Shown here: positions 12,981 through 24,985 of the stretch, one piece after another
How positions within the stretch are numbered: position 1 is the first letter of the stretch
How the letters are laid out: the number at the start of each line of letters is the position of its first letter
Translations under genes and position numbers: made by a program
Source of the DNA: Escherichia coli
Lineage (GTDB): Bacteria > Pseudomonadota > Gammaproteobacteria > Enterobacterales > Enterobacteriaceae
DNA length: 64,000 nucleotides
Reading direction: 5' to 3' (one strand)
NCBI RefSeq assembly: GCF_003790525.1
Contig: NZ_CP033635.1
Notes under the pieces: generated by a model
What the model was told of the DNA's origin: nothing
The model's input: the letters and a program-made list of their open reading frames with translations, nothing else
The model's database searches: none

Positions 12981-14084
12981 TTATTTGGTTAAATTGGGGC
13001 TGCCACCACGATTTCTACGCAGTCTGCGTTTTACGCGCTTAATAAAGCGAGCAACTTTCCAGGCACGCTTGATGCAATATCCATAGAGGAAGAATGCTAG
13101 CAAAAAGAGCACCAGCATGACCCACTCCGGGACAAAATGAGAATATTCTGCCAGCACGCCAATGGAAGCGAGCAGTGCTGCGGCAAGGGTAATCAGCACA
13201 AACGCCTGGCGGGAAGTAAACCCGGCACGCATGATCAAATGGTGAATATGCTGACGGTCAGGAGAGAATGGGCTCATGCCTTTACGCAGGCGACGGTACA
13301 TAATCGCCACCATATCCATTAGTGGAATGGCGATTATCCATAATGCAGTAACCGGGCTTATTGGGTGCGTTTTTCCCTGAGTCGTTTCGAGCAGGATCCA
13401 GATAACGGTAAAACCAATCAGCGTACTGCCCGCATCCCCCATAAAGACTTTGTAGCGGCGACCCAGGATACCAAGGTTAAGCATGATGTATGGCAGGATA
13501 GCGGCGATCATCGCAAAGCACCAGATTGCGAGACTGGTTTGCCCGTCGAACCACAAAATCATACCGATTGCTGCAAACGAGACGCAGGACAACCCGCCCA
13601 GCAAGCCATCAATGCCATCAACCATGTTGAACGCATTAATGGCCGCCCAGACGGCAAATAGCGTCAGGAAGTAACCAAACGGTCCGAGCACCATCTCCCA
13701 GGAGCCAAAGATATAACCCAGGCTACTGAGATAAAGTTTGCCGAACACCATCATAACAATGCCAACAGCGGCCTGTATGGTGGCACGGATTTTTACGCTG
13801 ATATCAAAACGGTCATCCAGCGCGCCAATGAAAACAAGCACACCAGCACAAGCGAGATAGAGAGATGCATGCGGAATATAGTAATCGACAATTCCGAACG
13901 TGAAGCAAATCCCTGCGTAAACCGAAATCCCCCCAACGAGAGGTATCAATCCCTGGTGACGTTTGCGGAAGTTTGGTTTATCCACTAAACCGACTTTTTT
14001 TGCCACCTTACGGGCAAAAAACAGAAACAGTGTCGTGAATAAAAAAATACTGATGAGATCAGTACTCACTGTCAGTAAATTCAC
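12981..14084 (-). CDS. wecA: UDP-GlcNAc:undecaprenyl-phosphate GlcNAc-1-phosphate transferase
   Basis: 367 aa polytopic membrane ORF; first gene of the cluster, immediately downstream of rho. Confidence 0.92.
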   Translation of the reverse strand: MNLLTVSTDLISIFLFTTLFLFFARKVAKKVGLVDKPNFRKRHQGLIPLVGGISVYAGICFTFGIVDYYIPHASLYLACAGVLVFIGALDDRFDISVKIRATIQAAVGIVMMVFGKLYLSSLGYIFGSWEMVLGPFGYFLTLFAVWAAINAFNMVDGIDGLLGGLSCVSFAAIGMILWFDGQTSLAIWCFAMIAAILPYIMLNLGILGRRYKVFMGDAGSTLIGFTVIWILLETTQGKTHPISPVTALWIIAIPLMDMVAIMYRRLRKGMSPFSPDRQHIHHLIMRAGFTSRQAFVLITLAAALLASIGVLAEYSHFVPEWVMLVLFLLAFFLYGYCIKRAWKVARFIKRVKRRLRRNRGGSPNLTK

Positions 14085-14277
14085 AATGCATGCTCTCAGA
14101 GAAAATTATTAGCAGAAGTATAACCACGAAGACCTTTATTCAGAAGGGAAAGTCCGTTCCGAACCCACCAGCCCTGTGCAAAAATTAACCATTTGATATG
14201 CAAATTGCATAACACACCAGCAAATTCCAGGAATTTTCCTAGCATCGCCAGCGCGGCATTAAGATTACAGATATAAA

Positions 14278-14310
14278 AGCAAAACGCCACGTAAACACGT
14301 GGCGTTTTTG
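14278..14310 (-). terminator. rho intrinsic terminator: perfect 12-bp inverted repeat (AAAACGCCACGT / ACGTGGCGTTTT) flanked by A and T runs
   Basis: Palindrome read directly from the sequence just downstream of the rho stop codon. Confidence 0.6.
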
Positions 14311-14323
14311 GCATAAAACAAAT

Positions 14324-15583
14324 TTATGAGCGTTTCATCATTTCGAAGAAATCGTCATTGGTCTTGGTCATTGCCAGTTTATTAATGAGGAATTCCATTG
14401 CATCGATTTCGCCCATCGGGTGAATGATTTTGCGCAGGATCCACATTTTCTGCAGTTCTTCCTGAGTCGTGAGCAGCTCTTCTTTACGGGTACCGGAACG
14501 GTTGTAGTCGATAGCCGGGAAGACGCGTTTTTCAGCGATCTTACGAGAGAGGTGCAGTTCCATGTTGCCTGTACCTTTAAACTCTTCGTAGATAACTTCG
14601 TCCATCTTGGAACCGGTATCGATAAGCGCGGTAGCGATGATGGTCAGGCTGCCGCCCTCTTCCACGTTACGCGCCGCACCAAAGAAGCGTTTCGGACGAT
14701 GCAGAGCATTGGCATCCACACCACCGGTCAACACTTTACCTGACGCCGGAACAACGGTGTTGTAAGCGCGCGCCAGACGAGTGATGGAGTCGAGCAGAAT
14801 GATAACGTCTTTCTTGTGCTCAACCAGGCGTTTGGCCTTCTCGATCACCATTTCCGCAACCTGAACGTGGCGAGATGCGGGTTCGTCAAAGGTAGAAGCA
14901 ACAACTTCACCTTTAACCAGACGCTGCATCTCGGTGACTTCTTCCGGACGTTCGTCGATCAGCAGAACCATCAGTACGCAATCCGGGTGGTTGTAAGCAA
15001 TGCTCTGAGCAATGTTCTGCAGCAGCATGGTTTTACCGGCTTTCGGCGGTGCCACAATCAGACCACGCTGACCACGACCGATAGGTGATGCCAGATCCAG
15101 TACGCGAGCGGTTAAATCTTCCGTAGAACCGTTACCACGTTCCATACGCAGACGAGAGTTTGCGTGCAGCGGGGTTAAGTTCTCAAAGAGGATTTTGTTG
15201 CGGGCGTTTTCAGGTTTGTCGAAGTTAACTTCGTTAACTTTCAGCAGCGCAAAATAGCGTTCACCTTCTTTCGGCGGGCGAATCTTACCAGAGATGGTAT
15301 CACCAGTGCGGAGGTTGAAACGGCGGATTTGGCTAGGGGAAACGTAGATGTCATCAGGACCGGCGAGGTAGGAGCTGTCTGCGGAACGGAGGAAACCAAA
15401 TCCATCCTGCAATATCTCCAGTACGCCATCACCAAAGATATCTTCGCCACTCTTTGCGTGCTGCTTCAGGATGGCAAAAATAATGTCCTGCTTACGCATA
15501 CGAGCCAGGTTTTCCAGCCCCATATTTTCGCCGAGAGTGATCAGCTCAGAAACCGGCGTATTCTTTAATTCGGTAAGATTCAT
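14324..15583 (-). CDS. rho: Transcription termination factor Rho
   Basis: Track ORF (443 aa) trimmed to the conserved [15 protein letters not shown] start (419 aa); Walker A GKT and RNA-binding motifs present. Confidence 0.97.
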
Positions 15584-15667
15584 AGTGGTGTGAGTTCTTA
15601 AACTTGGGGTAAATCTCGAACTTAATGTTGTGAATGGTATGGCAGGATCATCCATGCCTGTTTACGG

Positions 15668-15769
15668 TCATCGACTCATGTCTTTTCGCTGTCTGGTCAC
15701 AGGAGAGTACGCAGAACTGAAACGACAAGACGGATTGAGTGACGAGCCAGAAATCTGTTCACTTCGCAT
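15668..15769 (-). CDS. rhoL: rho operon leader peptide
   Basis: 33-codon minus-strand ORF MRSEQISGSSLNPSCRFSSAYSPVTRQRKDMSR immediately upstream of rho. Confidence 0.7.
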   Translation of the reverse strand: MRSEQISGSSLNPSCRFSSAYSPVTRQRKDMSR

Positions 15770-15909
15770 TTAAGATAAAACGGGAAGCGTTGGAAATTAC
15801 AAGATTCAAACTTAATAAGGTATGTTTAATACGAAGTCAACACTAAGTTAGCATGACTCACGCCGGGCGTCCAGTTTTTAGCGACGGGGCACCCGAACAT
15901 GAAATTCCC

Positions 15910-16239
15910 TTACGCCAGGTTAGCGTCGAGGAACTCTTTCAACTGACCTTTAGACAGTGCGCCCACTTTGGTTGCCGCCACTTCACCGTTTTTGAACAGC
16001 AGCAGAGTCGGGATACCACGGATGCCATATTTCGGCGCAGTGCCAGGGTTTTGATCGATGTTCAGTTTTGCAACGGTCAGTTTGCCCTGATATTCGTCAG
16101 CGATTTCATCCAGAATCGGGGCGATCATTTTGCACGGACCGCACCACTCTGCCCAGAAATCAACGAGGATCGCCCCGTCCGCTTTGAGTACATCCGTGTC
16201 AAAACTGTCGTCAGTCAGGTGAATAATTTTATCGCTCAT
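15910..16239 (-). CDS. trxA: Thioredoxin 1
   Basis: Track ORF trimmed to [18 protein letters not shown]; WCGPC active site; 109 aa. Confidence 0.97.
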
Positions 16240-16369
16240 ATATAACTCCACAGGAATAAGCCTGGCGTGTTGGTTTCGTTGTTGGTGTAACATTAACCAA
16301 CTAAAGGTTGACTTTATTTCACCGGATACGCTTTCGTAAAGCAATAGTAAGCTGATATTCTACCACACT

Positions 16370-17635
16370 ATGAGCAAAACACATTTAACAGAACAGAAGT
16401 TTTCCGACTTCGCCCTGCATCCGAAGGTTGTAGAAGCCCTTGAAAAAAAAGGGTTTCATAACTGTACGCCCATTCAGGCACTGGCCCTTCCGCTGACGCT
16501 GGCGGGTCGTGACGTAGCCGGGCAGGCGCAAACCGGTACCGGGAAAACGATGGCGTTTCTTACGTCAACGTTTCATTATCTTCTCTCTCATCCTGCGATA
16601 GCCGATCGCAAGGTGAATCAACCGCGTGCCTTAATTATGGCACCGACGCGTGAACTTGCCGTGCAGATCCACGCCGACGCGGAGCCACTTGCGCAAGCTA
16701 CCGGCCTGAAGCTGGGTCTGGCTTACGGTGGTGATGGCTACGACAAACAGCTGAAAGTGCTGGAAAGCGGCGTTGACATTCTGATTGGCACCACGGGGCG
16801 TTTAATTGACTACGCCAAGCAGAACCACATTAACCTCGGTGCCATTCAGGTAGTGGTACTGGACGAAGCCGATCGTATGTACGATCTGGGCTTTATTAAA
16901 GATATCCGCTGGCTGTTCCGCCGTATGCCGCCTGCAAACCAGCGCCTCAACATGCTGTTCTCCGCCACGCTTTCGTACCGGGTACGTGAACTAGCGTTCG
17001 AGCAGATGAACAATGCCGAATATATTGAAGTGGAACCGGAACAGAAAACGGGCCACCGTATTAAAGAAGAGCTTTTCTACCCTTCTAACGAAGAAAAAAT
17101 GCGTTTGCTGCAAACGCTGATCGAAGAAGAGTGGCCAGACAGAGCGATTATTTTCGCCAACACCAAACACCGTTGTGAAGAGATCTGGGGCCACCTGGCG
17201 GCAGATGGTCATCGTGTCGGTTTGTTGACAGGCGATGTCGCGCAGAAAAAACGTCTGCGTATTCTTGATGAATTTACCCGTGGGGATCTGGATATTCTGG
17301 TTGCCACCGACGTTGCCGCGCGTGGTTTGCATATTCCGGCAGTGACGCACGTCTTTAACTACGATTTACCCGATGACTGTGAAGATTACGTTCACCGTAT
17401 TGGTCGTACAGGTCGCGCAGGCGCAAGCGGTCACTCTATCAGCCTGGCCTGTGAAGAGTATGCATTGAATTTGCCTGCTATTGAGACCTATATTGGTCAC
17501 TCAATTCCGGTAAGTAAATACAATCCGGACGCATTGATGACCGATCTGCCAAAACCGCTGCGCCTCACGCGCCCGCGCACAGGCAATGGTCCGCGTCGTA
17601 CTGGCGCTCCGCGTAATCGTCGTCGTTCAGGTTAA
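16370..17635 (+). CDS. rhlB: ATP-dependent RNA helicase RhlB (DEAD-box)
   Basis: 421 aa ORF with DEAD-box helicase motifs ([20 protein letters not shown]) and Arg-rich C-terminal tail. Confidence 0.96.
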   Translation: MSKTHLTEQKFSDFALHPKVVEALEKKGFHNCTPIQALALPLTLAGRDVAGQAQTGTGKTMAFLTSTFHYLLSHPAIADRKVNQPRALIMAPTRELAVQIHADAEPLAQATGLKLGLAYGGDGYDKQLKVLESGVDILIGTTGRLIDYAKQNHINLGAIQVVVLDEADRMYDLGFIKDIRWLFRRMPPANQRLNMLFSATLSYRVRELAFEQMNNAEYIEVEPEQKTGHRIKEELFYPSNEEKMRLLQTLIEEEWPDRAIIFANTKHRCEEIWGHLAADGHRVGLLTGDVAQKKRLRILDEFTRGDLDILVATDVAARGLHIPAVTHVFNYDLPDDCEDYVHRIGRTGRAGASGHSISLACEEYALNLPAIETYIGHSIPVSKYNPDALMTDLPKPLRLTRPRTGNGPRRTGAPRNRRRSG

Positions 17636-17770
17636 ATAAAAAATGTCATACTCCAAATCATTCAAGCTGTATCAAGATGGCAAGAGAATGAATCCCGATG
17701 AGTTTACTGTAGTAAGTGATTCAGGTGAAAGAATGCAGCCAACACAGAGACAGATTGAAGGATGAAGAGT

Positions 17771-19255
17771 ATGGGTTCCACCTCGTCGCTGTATGCAGCC
17801 ATTGATCTCGGTTCGAATAGTTTTCATATGCTGGTTGTGCGCGAGGTGGCTGGAAGCATCCAGACGCTGACGCGAATTAAACGCAAAGTGCGTCTGGCTG
17901 CTGGCCTGAATAGCGAAAATGCCCTGTCTAATGAAGCAATGGAGCGCGGTTGGCAATGTCTGCGCCTGTTTGCTGAACGTCTGCAAGATATCCCTCCCTC
18001 GCAAATTCGCGTTGTCGCTACGGCGACATTACGACTAGCCGTCAATGCGGGTGATTTTATCGCCAAAGCACAGGAAATCCTCGGTTGTCCGGTACAGGTG
18101 ATCAGCGGTGAAGAGGAAGCACGTCTGATTTATCAGGGCGTTGCTCACACAACTGGCGGTGCCGATCAGCGCCTGGTGGTGGATATAGGCGGTGCCAGTA
18201 CGGAACTGGTAACCGGCACGGGTGCACAAACCACCTCGTTGTTCAGCCTGTCGATGGGCTGCGTCACCTGGCTGGAACGCTATTTTGCCGATCGTAATCT
18301 GGGGCAGGAAAATTTTGATGCTGCAGAAAAAGCGGCACGCGAAGTGTTACGTCCGGTTGCCGATGAATTACGGTATCACGGCTGGAAAGTGTGCGTTGGC
18401 GCTTCCGGCACCGTGCAGGCGTTACAGGAAATCATGATGGCACAGGGGATGGATGAACGCATTACCCTGGAAAAGTTGCAGCAACTGAAACAACGCGCCA
18501 TTCATTGCGGTCGGCTGGAAGAGCTAGAGATTGACGGGCTGACGCTGGAACGTGCGTTAGTGTTCCCGAGTGGTCTGGCGATCCTGATAGCCATTTTTAC
18601 CGAACTGAATATTCAGTGTATGACCCTGGCGGGCGGTGCGCTGCGTGAAGGCCTGGTCTACGGTATGTTACATCTTACCGTCGAGCAGGATATTCGCAGC
18701 CGTACGCTGCGTAATATTCAGCGCCGCTTTATGATCGATATTGATCAGGCACAGCGCGTAGCCAAAGTTGCGGCTAACTTCTTCGATCAGGTGGAAAATG
18801 AATGGCATCTTGAAGCAATAAGCCGCGATTTGCTCATCAGCGCCTGCCAGCTTCATGAAATCGGCCTGAGCGTTGACTTCAAACAAGCGCCGCAACACGC
18901 TGCTTATCTGGTACGTAATCTGGATCTTCCCGGTTTTACCCCCGCACAGAAAAAACTGCTGGCGACGCTACTGCTCAACCAGACTAATCCGGTCGATCTC
19001 TCATCGCTGCATCAGCAAAATGCCGTACCACCGCGCGTCGCAGAACAACTCTGCCGTTTACTCCGCCTGGCTATCATTTTTGCCAGCCGTCGCCGTGACG
19101 ATCTCGTGCCAGAGATGACATTACAGGCTAACCATGAACTGTTGACCTTGACGCTTCCGCAAGGTTGGCTAACCCAACATCCGCTGGGTAAAGAGATTAT
19201 TGATCAGGAAAGCCAGTGGCAGAGCTATGTCCACTGGCCGCTGGAAGTGCATTAA
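17771..19255 (+). CDS. gppA: Guanosine pentaphosphate phosphohydrolase / exopolyphosphatase
   Basis: Track ORF trimmed to [21 protein letters not shown] (494 aa); Ppx/GppA fold. Confidence 0.95.
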   Translation: MGSTSSLYAAIDLGSNSFHMLVVREVAGSIQTLTRIKRKVRLAAGLNSENALSNEAMERGWQCLRLFAERLQDIPPSQIRVVATATLRLAVNAGDFIAKAQEILGCPVQVISGEEEARLIYQGVAHTTGGADQRLVVDIGGASTELVTGTGAQTTSLFSLSMGCVTWLERYFADRNLGQENFDAAEKAAREVLRPVADELRYHGWKVCVGASGTVQALQEIMMAQGMDERITLEKLQQLKQRAIHCGRLEELEIDGLTLERALVFPSGLAILIAIFTELNIQCMTLAGGALREGLVYGMLHLTVEQDIRSRTLRNIQRRFMIDIDQAQRVAKVAANFFDQVENEWHLEAISRDLLISACQLHEIGLSVDFKQAPQHAAYLVRNLDLPGFTPAQKKLLATLLLNQTNPVDLSSLHQQNAVPPRVAEQLCRLLRLAIIFASRRRDDLVPEMTLQANHELLTLTLPQGWLTQHPLGKEIIDQESQWQSYVHWPLEVH

Positions 19256-19261
19256 TGAGTA

Positions 19262-19298
19262 AGTGCCGGATGCGATGCTGACACATCTTTTCCGGCCT
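19262..19298. repeat. REP-like palindromic element (GCCGGATGCG...CCGGC) between convergent gppA and rep
   Basis: GCCGGATGCG signature and inverted repeat read from sequence; degenerate relative to canonical REP. Confidence 0.35.
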
Positions 19299-19301
19299 TG
19301 A

Positions 19302-21323
19302 TTATTTCCCTCGTTTTGCCGCCATCATCGCTTTCAGATTCGCCAGATGGCTTTGCCCTTTCTGCATCCGTTCTTCGGCGCTGACCACTTTGCGCTCCTG
19401 TTCCCAAATCAGATCATCCTGCGGCAGCTCCAGCAAAAAGCGGCTCGGCTCCGGGCGCACCAGTTCGCCGTACTGACGGCGTTCTTTACACAGCGTAAAG
19501 GTCAATTCCTTCTGGGCGCGGGTAATGCCGACATAGGCCAGCCGCCGCTCCTCATCGATATTATCTTCATCGATGCTGCTCTGGTGCGGCAAAAACCCTT
19601 CTTCCATACCGACCATGTAGACATAAGGAAACTCCAGCCCTTTCGACGCGTGGAGAGTCATCAGTTGCACCTGATCCAGCTCTTCTTCACTCTCACCACG
19701 CTCCATCATGTCGCGCAAAGTAAAGCGCGTCACCACCTGGGTTAACGTCATCGGCTCATCCAGTTCACTGCCTTCGAGCATCTCCGTCATCCAGCTAAAC
19801 AGTTGGTTGACGTTCTTCATGCGCATTTCGGCGGCTTTCGGGCTGGGCGATGTTTCGTACAGCCAGGATTCATAATCCATGCCGTGAATCAGATCACGCA
19901 CCGCGGCAATCGGCTCTCGCTCCGCCAGGCGCTGGATTTCTGCCAACCAGTGAGTGAAGCGGGTCAATGCTTCATAACCACGTCCGCTAAGCGTCTGACT
20001 CAGGCCCATATCAAAGCTGGCGGTAAACATGCTTTTATTGCGCGTCATCGCCCACTCACCCAGCTTTTTCAGCGTAGCCGGGCCAATCTCTCGCTTCGGC
20101 GTGTTAACGATACGCAGGAATGCGCTGTCATCGTCCGGGTTAGTCAGCACGCGCAGATAAGCCAGCAAATCCTTGATTTCAGGGCGAGAGAAAAACGACG
20201 TACCACCAGAAATTTTGTACGGGATGCGGTTTTGCATCAGGAATTTTTCAAACACCCGCGACTGATGGTTGCCGCGATAAAGAATGGCGTAATCTTTGTA
20301 CTGCGTTTTATTGACGAAGTGATGCGCGATCAGCTCGCCGGTGACTCTCTCGGCTTCATGTTCTTCGTTATTCGCGCTTAAAACTTTTAGCTCCGCGCCA
20401 TAGCCCAGTTCGGAGAACAGACGCTTTTCAAAGACGTGCGGGTTATTGGCGATCAGGATGTTCGCCGCTTTCAGAATACGTCCGGAAGAGCGGTAGTTCT
20501 GCTCAAGCTTAATCACCTTCAGTGCCGGGAAATCCTGACTCAACAGCACCAGGTTTTGCGGACGTGCACCGCGCCAGGAGTAGATCGACTGATCGTCATC
20601 GCCAACTACGGTAAAGCGCGCGCGGCTGCCCACCAGCAGTTTCACCAGTTCATACTGGCTGGTGTTGGTGTCCTGATACTCATCCACCAGCAGGTAGCGA
20701 ATTTTGTTCTGCCAGCGCTCGCGGACTTCTTCATTGCGTTGCAGCAGTAACGTCGGCAATAAAATCAGATCATCGAAGTCGAGAACGTTACAGGCTTTCA
20801 GGTGTGCATCATACAGCCCATAACAATGGGCAAAAATACGGTCCCGCTCGCCAATCGCACTGGCTGCCGCCTGGGACGGTGTTTTGAGATCGTTCTTCCA
20901 GTTAGAGATGGTCGAAATCAGCTGTTGCAGGAGGACTTTGTCATCTTCAATCAGCCCCTCGGTCAGCTCTTTAAGCAACGCCAGCTGATCGGTGTCATCA
21001 AACAGCGAAAAGTTCGCTTTCATCCCCAACGCCGCATACTCACGCTTGATGATATCCAGCCCCAGCGTGTGGAAGGTGGAAATCATCAGCCCGCGCGCCT
21101 CTTTGCGCCCCAGCGTCTGCCCGACACGCTCTTTCATCTCGCGCGCCGCCTTATTGGTAAAGGTCACCGCCGCGATATGTCGCGCCTGATAACCGCAACC
21201 GCGGATCAGATGGGCGATTTTATTGGTGATGACACGAGTTTTACCGGAACCCGCGCCTGCCAGCACCAGGCAGGGGCCGGTAACGAATTCGACAGCTTGT
21301 TGTTGGCCGGGGTTTAGACGCAT
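19302..21323 (-). CDS. rep: ATP-dependent DNA helicase Rep (superfamily 1)
   Basis: Track ORF trimmed to [13 protein letters not shown] (673 aa); Walker A AGAGSGKT. Confidence 0.96.
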   Translation of the reverse strand: MRLNPGQQQAVEFVTGPCLVLAGAGSGKTRVITNKIAHLIRGCGYQARHIAAVTFTNKAAREMKERVGQTLGRKEARGLMISTFHTLGLDIIKREYAALGMKANFSLFDDTDQLALLKELTEGLIEDDKVLLQQLISTISNWKNDLKTPSQAAASAIGERDRIFAHCYGLYDAHLKACNVLDFDDLILLPTLLLQRNEEVRERWQNKIRYLLVDEYQDTNTSQYELVKLLVGSRARFTVVGDDDQSIYSWRGARPQNLVLLSQDFPALKVIKLEQNYRSSGRILKAANILIANNPHVFEKRLFSELGYGAELKVLSANNEEHEAERVTGELIAHHFVNKTQYKDYAILYRGNHQSRVFEKFLMQNRIPYKISGGTSFFSRPEIKDLLAYLRVLTNPDDDSAFLRIVNTPKREIGPATLKKLGEWAMTRNKSMFTASFDMGLSQTLSGRGYEALTRFTHWLAEIQRLAEREPIAAVRDLIHGMDYESWLYETSPSPKAAEMRMKNVNQLFSWMTEMLEGSELDEPMTLTQVVTRFTLRDMMERGESEEELDQVQLMTLHASKGLEFPYVYMVGMEEGFLPHQSSIDEDNIDEERRLAYVGITRAQKELTFTLCKERRQYGELVRPEPSRFLLELPQDDLIWEQERKVVSAEERMQKGQSHLANLKAMMAAKRGK

Positions 21324-21540
21324 AGGTATATTGCTCAATCTTCGAACGGGGGGGAGGATTGTAGCAGAATCGCATTTGAATGTGACCGAGTGAAAACCGC
21401 TAACCGGATGGCTGCGGATGTTTAAATCAGAGAGGGAAGGCCGAAACCGGAGTTCATCATGAATCCATTAGACTTAGAAAATATCGGGTCGTAACGTTGT
21501 GTTATTACTTTTTCAGAGTTTACTAAGGAGAGGTTTACTC

Positions 21541-21990
21541 GTGGCGATTAATTTCAGCCCCAAGGTTGGTGAAATACTGGAATGCAACTTTGGTAACTAT
21601 CCTGTTAGCCAGAATGGACAGTTCAGCACGACGTATTACGATGGCCGCATTCCACCTGAGATGATAAAAAATAGGTTGGTTGTCGTGCTCAACGGAAAAA
21701 TTAATGGCAACGCATGTATCGTCGTTCCATTATCAACCACTCGCGACCATGACAAGTTAAATCGTGGAATGCATGTTGAAATAGCCAGTAATGTTATCAA
21801 TGACCTGCAATTCTTTGATCAGCAGATACGTTGGGCTAAAGCCGACCTGGTACAACAAGTCAGTCGAAATCGATTAAACAGAGCAAGGACTTATCGGGGG
21901 TATCTTAATCAATGTTTGCCACATGAGTTGGTTGCAGACATACAGAGGGCAGTCATCAAGTCAATCAATGCCATATCGCTCATAAATTGA
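21541..21990 (+). CDS. yifN: PemK/MazF-fold toxin-like protein (yifN-like), apparently intact and without an adjacent antitoxin gene
   Basis: GTG start 10 nt after an AAGGAG Shine-Dalgarno; N-terminal VGEILECNFG and later RLVVVL...CIVVPLST resemble the PemK/MazF fold; the track ORF begins at an alternative upstream GTG (21499). Confidence 0.6.
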   Translation: MAINFSPKVGEILECNFGNYPVSQNGQFSTTYYDGRIPPEMIKNRLVVVLNGKINGNACIVVPLSTTRDHDKLNRGMHVEIASNVINDLQFFDQQIRWAKADLVQQVSRNRLNRARTYRGYLNQCLPHELVADIQRAVIKSINAISLIN

Positions 21991-22066
21991 CAATAAAATC
22001 ACCATCCCCGATAATGACTCTGTAGCCCATAGAGGCCCTAAGTTTTCTCCCCTTGAGGGACCTGCG

Positions 22067-22090
22067 AAGCCCGGATTTTCCGGGCTTTTG
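22067..22090 (+). terminator. Intrinsic terminator-like hairpin (AAGCCCGG-loop-CCGGGCTT followed by TTTT) after the yifN-like ORF
   Basis: 8-bp GC-rich stem and T-tract read from sequence. Confidence 0.55.
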
Positions 22091-22118
22091 CCATATATGT
22101 CCCCCCCTCCCTGACTGA

Positions 22119-22424
<306 letters not shown>

Positions 22425-22428
22425 CAGC

Positions 22429-22453
22429 AAGGCCTTCTCCGGGAGAAGGCCTT
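22429..22453. terminator. Stem-loop between convergent ppiC and ilvC (AAGGCCTTCTCC / GGAGAAGGCCTT), probable bidirectional terminator
   Basis: Near-perfect inverted repeat read from sequence; no strong T-tract on either side. Confidence 0.45.
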
Positions 22454-22469
22454 GAACTCTGAATCGCAC

Positions 22470-23945
22470 TTAACCTGCAACAGCAATACGTTTCATATCC
22501 GTCATATAGCCGCGCAGTTTCTTACCTACCTGCTCAATCGCATGGCTGCGAATCGCTTCGTTCACATCACGCAACTGCGCGTTATCTACCGCACCTTCCG
22601 GAATAGCTTTACCCAAGTCGCCCGGTTGCAGCTCTGCCATAAACGGTTTCAGCAGCGGCACACAAGCGTAAGAGAACAGATAGTTACCGTACTCGGCGGT
22701 ATCAGAGATAACCACGTTCATTTCGTACAGACGCTTACGAGCGATAGTGTTGGCAATCAGCGGCAGTTCGTGCAGTGATTCATAGTAAGCAGACTCTTCG
22801 ATGATGCCGGAATCAACCATGGTTTCAAACGCCAACTCAACGCCTGCTTTTACCATCGCGATCATCAGTACGCCTTTATCGAAGTACTCCTGCTCGCCGA
22901 TTTTGCCTTCATACTGCGGCGCGGTTTCGAACGCGGTTTTGCCGGTCTCTTCACGCCAGGTCAGCAGTTTCTTATCGTCGTTGGCCCAGTCTGCCATCAT
23001 GCCGGAAGAGAATTCGCCGGAGATGATGTCATCCATGTGTTTCTGGAACAGCGGCGCCATGATCTCTTTCAGCTGTTCAGACAGCGCGTAAGCACGCAGT
23101 TTCGCCGGGTTAGAGAGACGGTCCATCATCAGCGTGATGCCGCCCTGTTTCAGCGCTTCGGTGATGGTTTCCCAGCCGAACTGAATCAGTTTTTCTGCGT
23201 ATGCCGGATCGGTGCCTTCTTCCACCAGTTTGTCGAAGCACAGCAGAGAGCCAGCCTGCAACATACCGCACAGGATGGTTTGCTCGCCCATCAGGTCAGA
23301 TTTCACTTCCGCAACGAAAGAGGATTCCAGCACGCCCGCACGATGACCACCGGTTGCCGCCGCCCACGCTTTAGCGATCGCCATGCCTTCGCCTTTCGGA
23401 TCGTTTTCCGGGTGAACGGCAATCAGCGTCGGTACGCCGAATCCACGTTTGTACTCTTCACGCACTTCGGTGCCAGGGCATTTCGGCGCAACCATTACTA
23501 CGGTGATGTCTTTACGGATCTGCTCGCCTACTTCCACGATGTTGAAACCATGCGAGTAACCCAGCGCCGCGCCGTCCTTCATCAGTGGCTGTACGGTGCG
23601 CACTACATCAGAGTGCTGCTTGTCCGGCGTCAGGTTAACCACCAGATCCGCCTGTGGGATCAGTTCTTCGTAAGTACCCACTTTAAAACCATTTTCGGTT
23701 GCTTTACGCCAGGATGCGCGCTTTTCGGCAATCGCTTCTTTACGCAGAGCGTAGGAGATATCGAGACCAGAATCACGCATGTTCAGGCCCTGGTTCAGAC
23801 CCTGTGCGCCACAGCCGACGATGACTACTTTTTTACCCTGAAGGTAGCTCGCGCCATCGGCGAATTCATCGCGCCCCATAAAGCGACATTTGCCCAGCTG
23901 TGCCAGCTGCTGGCGCAGATTCAGTGTATTGAAGTAGTTAGCCAT
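22470..23945 (-). CDS. ilvC: Ketol-acid reductoisomerase
   Basis: Track ORF (565 aa) trimmed to [19 protein letters not shown] (491 aa). Confidence 0.96.
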   Translation of the reverse strand: MANYFNTLNLRQQLAQLGKCRFMGRDEFADGASYLQGKKVVIVGCGAQGLNQGLNMRDSGLDISYALRKEAIAEKRASWRKATENGFKVGTYEELIPQADLVVNLTPDKQHSDVVRTVQPLMKDGAALGYSHGFNIVEVGEQIRKDITVVMVAPKCPGTEVREEYKRGFGVPTLIAVHPENDPKGEGMAIAKAWAAATGGHRAGVLESSFVAEVKSDLMGEQTILCGMLQAGSLLCFDKLVEEGTDPAYAEKLIQFGWETITEALKQGGITLMMDRLSNPAKLRAYALSEQLKEIMAPLFQKHMDDIISGEFSSGMMADWANDDKKLLTWREETGKTAFETAPQYEGKIGEQEYFDKGVLMIAMVKAGVELAFETMVDSGIIEESAYYESLHELPLIANTIARKRLYEMNVVISDTAEYGNYLFSYACVPLLKPFMAELQPGDLGKAIPEGAVDNAQLRDVNEAIRSHAIEQVGKKLRGYMTDMKRIAVAG

Positions 23946-24094
23946 GGTGATTCCTCGTGATGTTGTGCTTCTTATTGTTCGGTTCGCGTTTGCGAGATTG
24001 AATTCACTATATGACAGGAAATTTATTGCGGAAATTGATATATTCACAACGTCACATTGCAATTTTTGCAACGTCAACATTGAGGGCTGCGCCA
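23946..24094. promoter_or_regulatory. ilvY-ilvC divergent promoter/operator region
   Basis: Intergenic position between divergently transcribed LysR regulator and its target; established for this locus; individual operator sites not resolved. Confidence 0.6.
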
Positions 24095-24985
24095 TTGGAT
24101 TTACGCGATCTGAAAACCTTCCTGCATCTGGCGGAAAGCCGCCATTTTGGGCGCAGCGCGCGGGCAATGCACGTTAGCCCGTCTACGCTTTCGCGACAAA
24201 TACAGCGCCTGGAAGAAGATCTCGGTCAGCCGCTGTTTGTGCGTGATAACCGCACGGTAACGCTGACGGAAGCGGGCGAAGAACTGCGCGTTTTCGCCCA
24301 GCAAACGCTGTTGCAATATCAGCAATTGCGCCACACCATCGACCAGCAAGGGCCGTCGCTCTCTGGTGAATTACATATCTTCTGCTCGGTGACCGCTGCC
24401 TACAGCCATCTTCCACCGATTCTCGACCGCTTCCGCGCGGAACATCCGTCAGTGGAGATCAAACTCACTACCGGTGATGCAGCCGATGCGATGGAAAAGG
24501 TGGTCACTGGCGAAGCGGATCTGGCGATTGCCGGGAAACCGGAAACCTTGCCGGGCGCAGTGGCGTTTTCGATGCTGGAGAATCTGGCGGTGGTGCTGAT
24601 TGCTCCCGCGCTGCCCTGCCCGGTGCGTAATCAGGTCTCTGTCGAAAAGCCCGACTGGTCTACAGTGCCGTTTATCATGGCCGATCAGGGACCGGTACGC
24701 CGCCGCATTGAACTGTGGTTTCGGCGTAACAAAATCAGCAACCCAATGATTTACGCCACGGTTGGCGGGCATGAAGCGATGGTATCGATGGTGGCGCTCG
24801 GCTGTGGCGTGGCGCTGTTGCCGGAAGTGGTGCTGGATAACAGCCCGGAACCGGTGCGTAACCGCGTGATGATTTTAGAGCGCAGTGATGAAAAAACGCC
24901 GTTTGAGCTGGGCGTGTGCGTACAAAAAAAGCGGCTTCATGAGCCGCTGATTGAGGCGTTCTGGAAGATTTTGCCGAACCACTAA
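24095..24985 (+). CDS. ilvY: LysR-type transcriptional activator of ilvC
   Basis: Conserved N-terminus (M)[21 protein letters not shown] begins at a TTG codon; an in-frame ATG lies 28 codons upstream (24011) inside the promoter region, so start assignment is uncertain. Confidence 0.88.
   Translation: MDLRDLKTFLHLAESRHFGRSARAMHVSPSTLSRQIQRLEEDLGQPLFVRDNRTVTLTEAGEELRVFAQQTLLQYQQLRHTIDQQGPSLSGELHIFCSVTAAYSHLPPILDRFRAEHPSVEIKLTTGDAADAMEKVVTGEADLAIAGKPETLPGAVAFSMLENLAVVLIAPALPCPVRNQVSVEKPDWSTVPFIMADQGPVRRRIELWFRRNKISNPMIYATVGGHEAMVSMVALGCGVALLPEVVLDNSPEPVRNRVMILERSDEKTPFELGVCVQKKRLHEPLIEAFWKILPNH

Noticed and set aside
14096-14314. 72 aa minus-strand ORF in the wecA-rho intergenic region
   Set aside because: It overlaps the rho terminator palindrome and the wec promoter region, has no Shine-Dalgarno and no recognisable features; most likely spurious.
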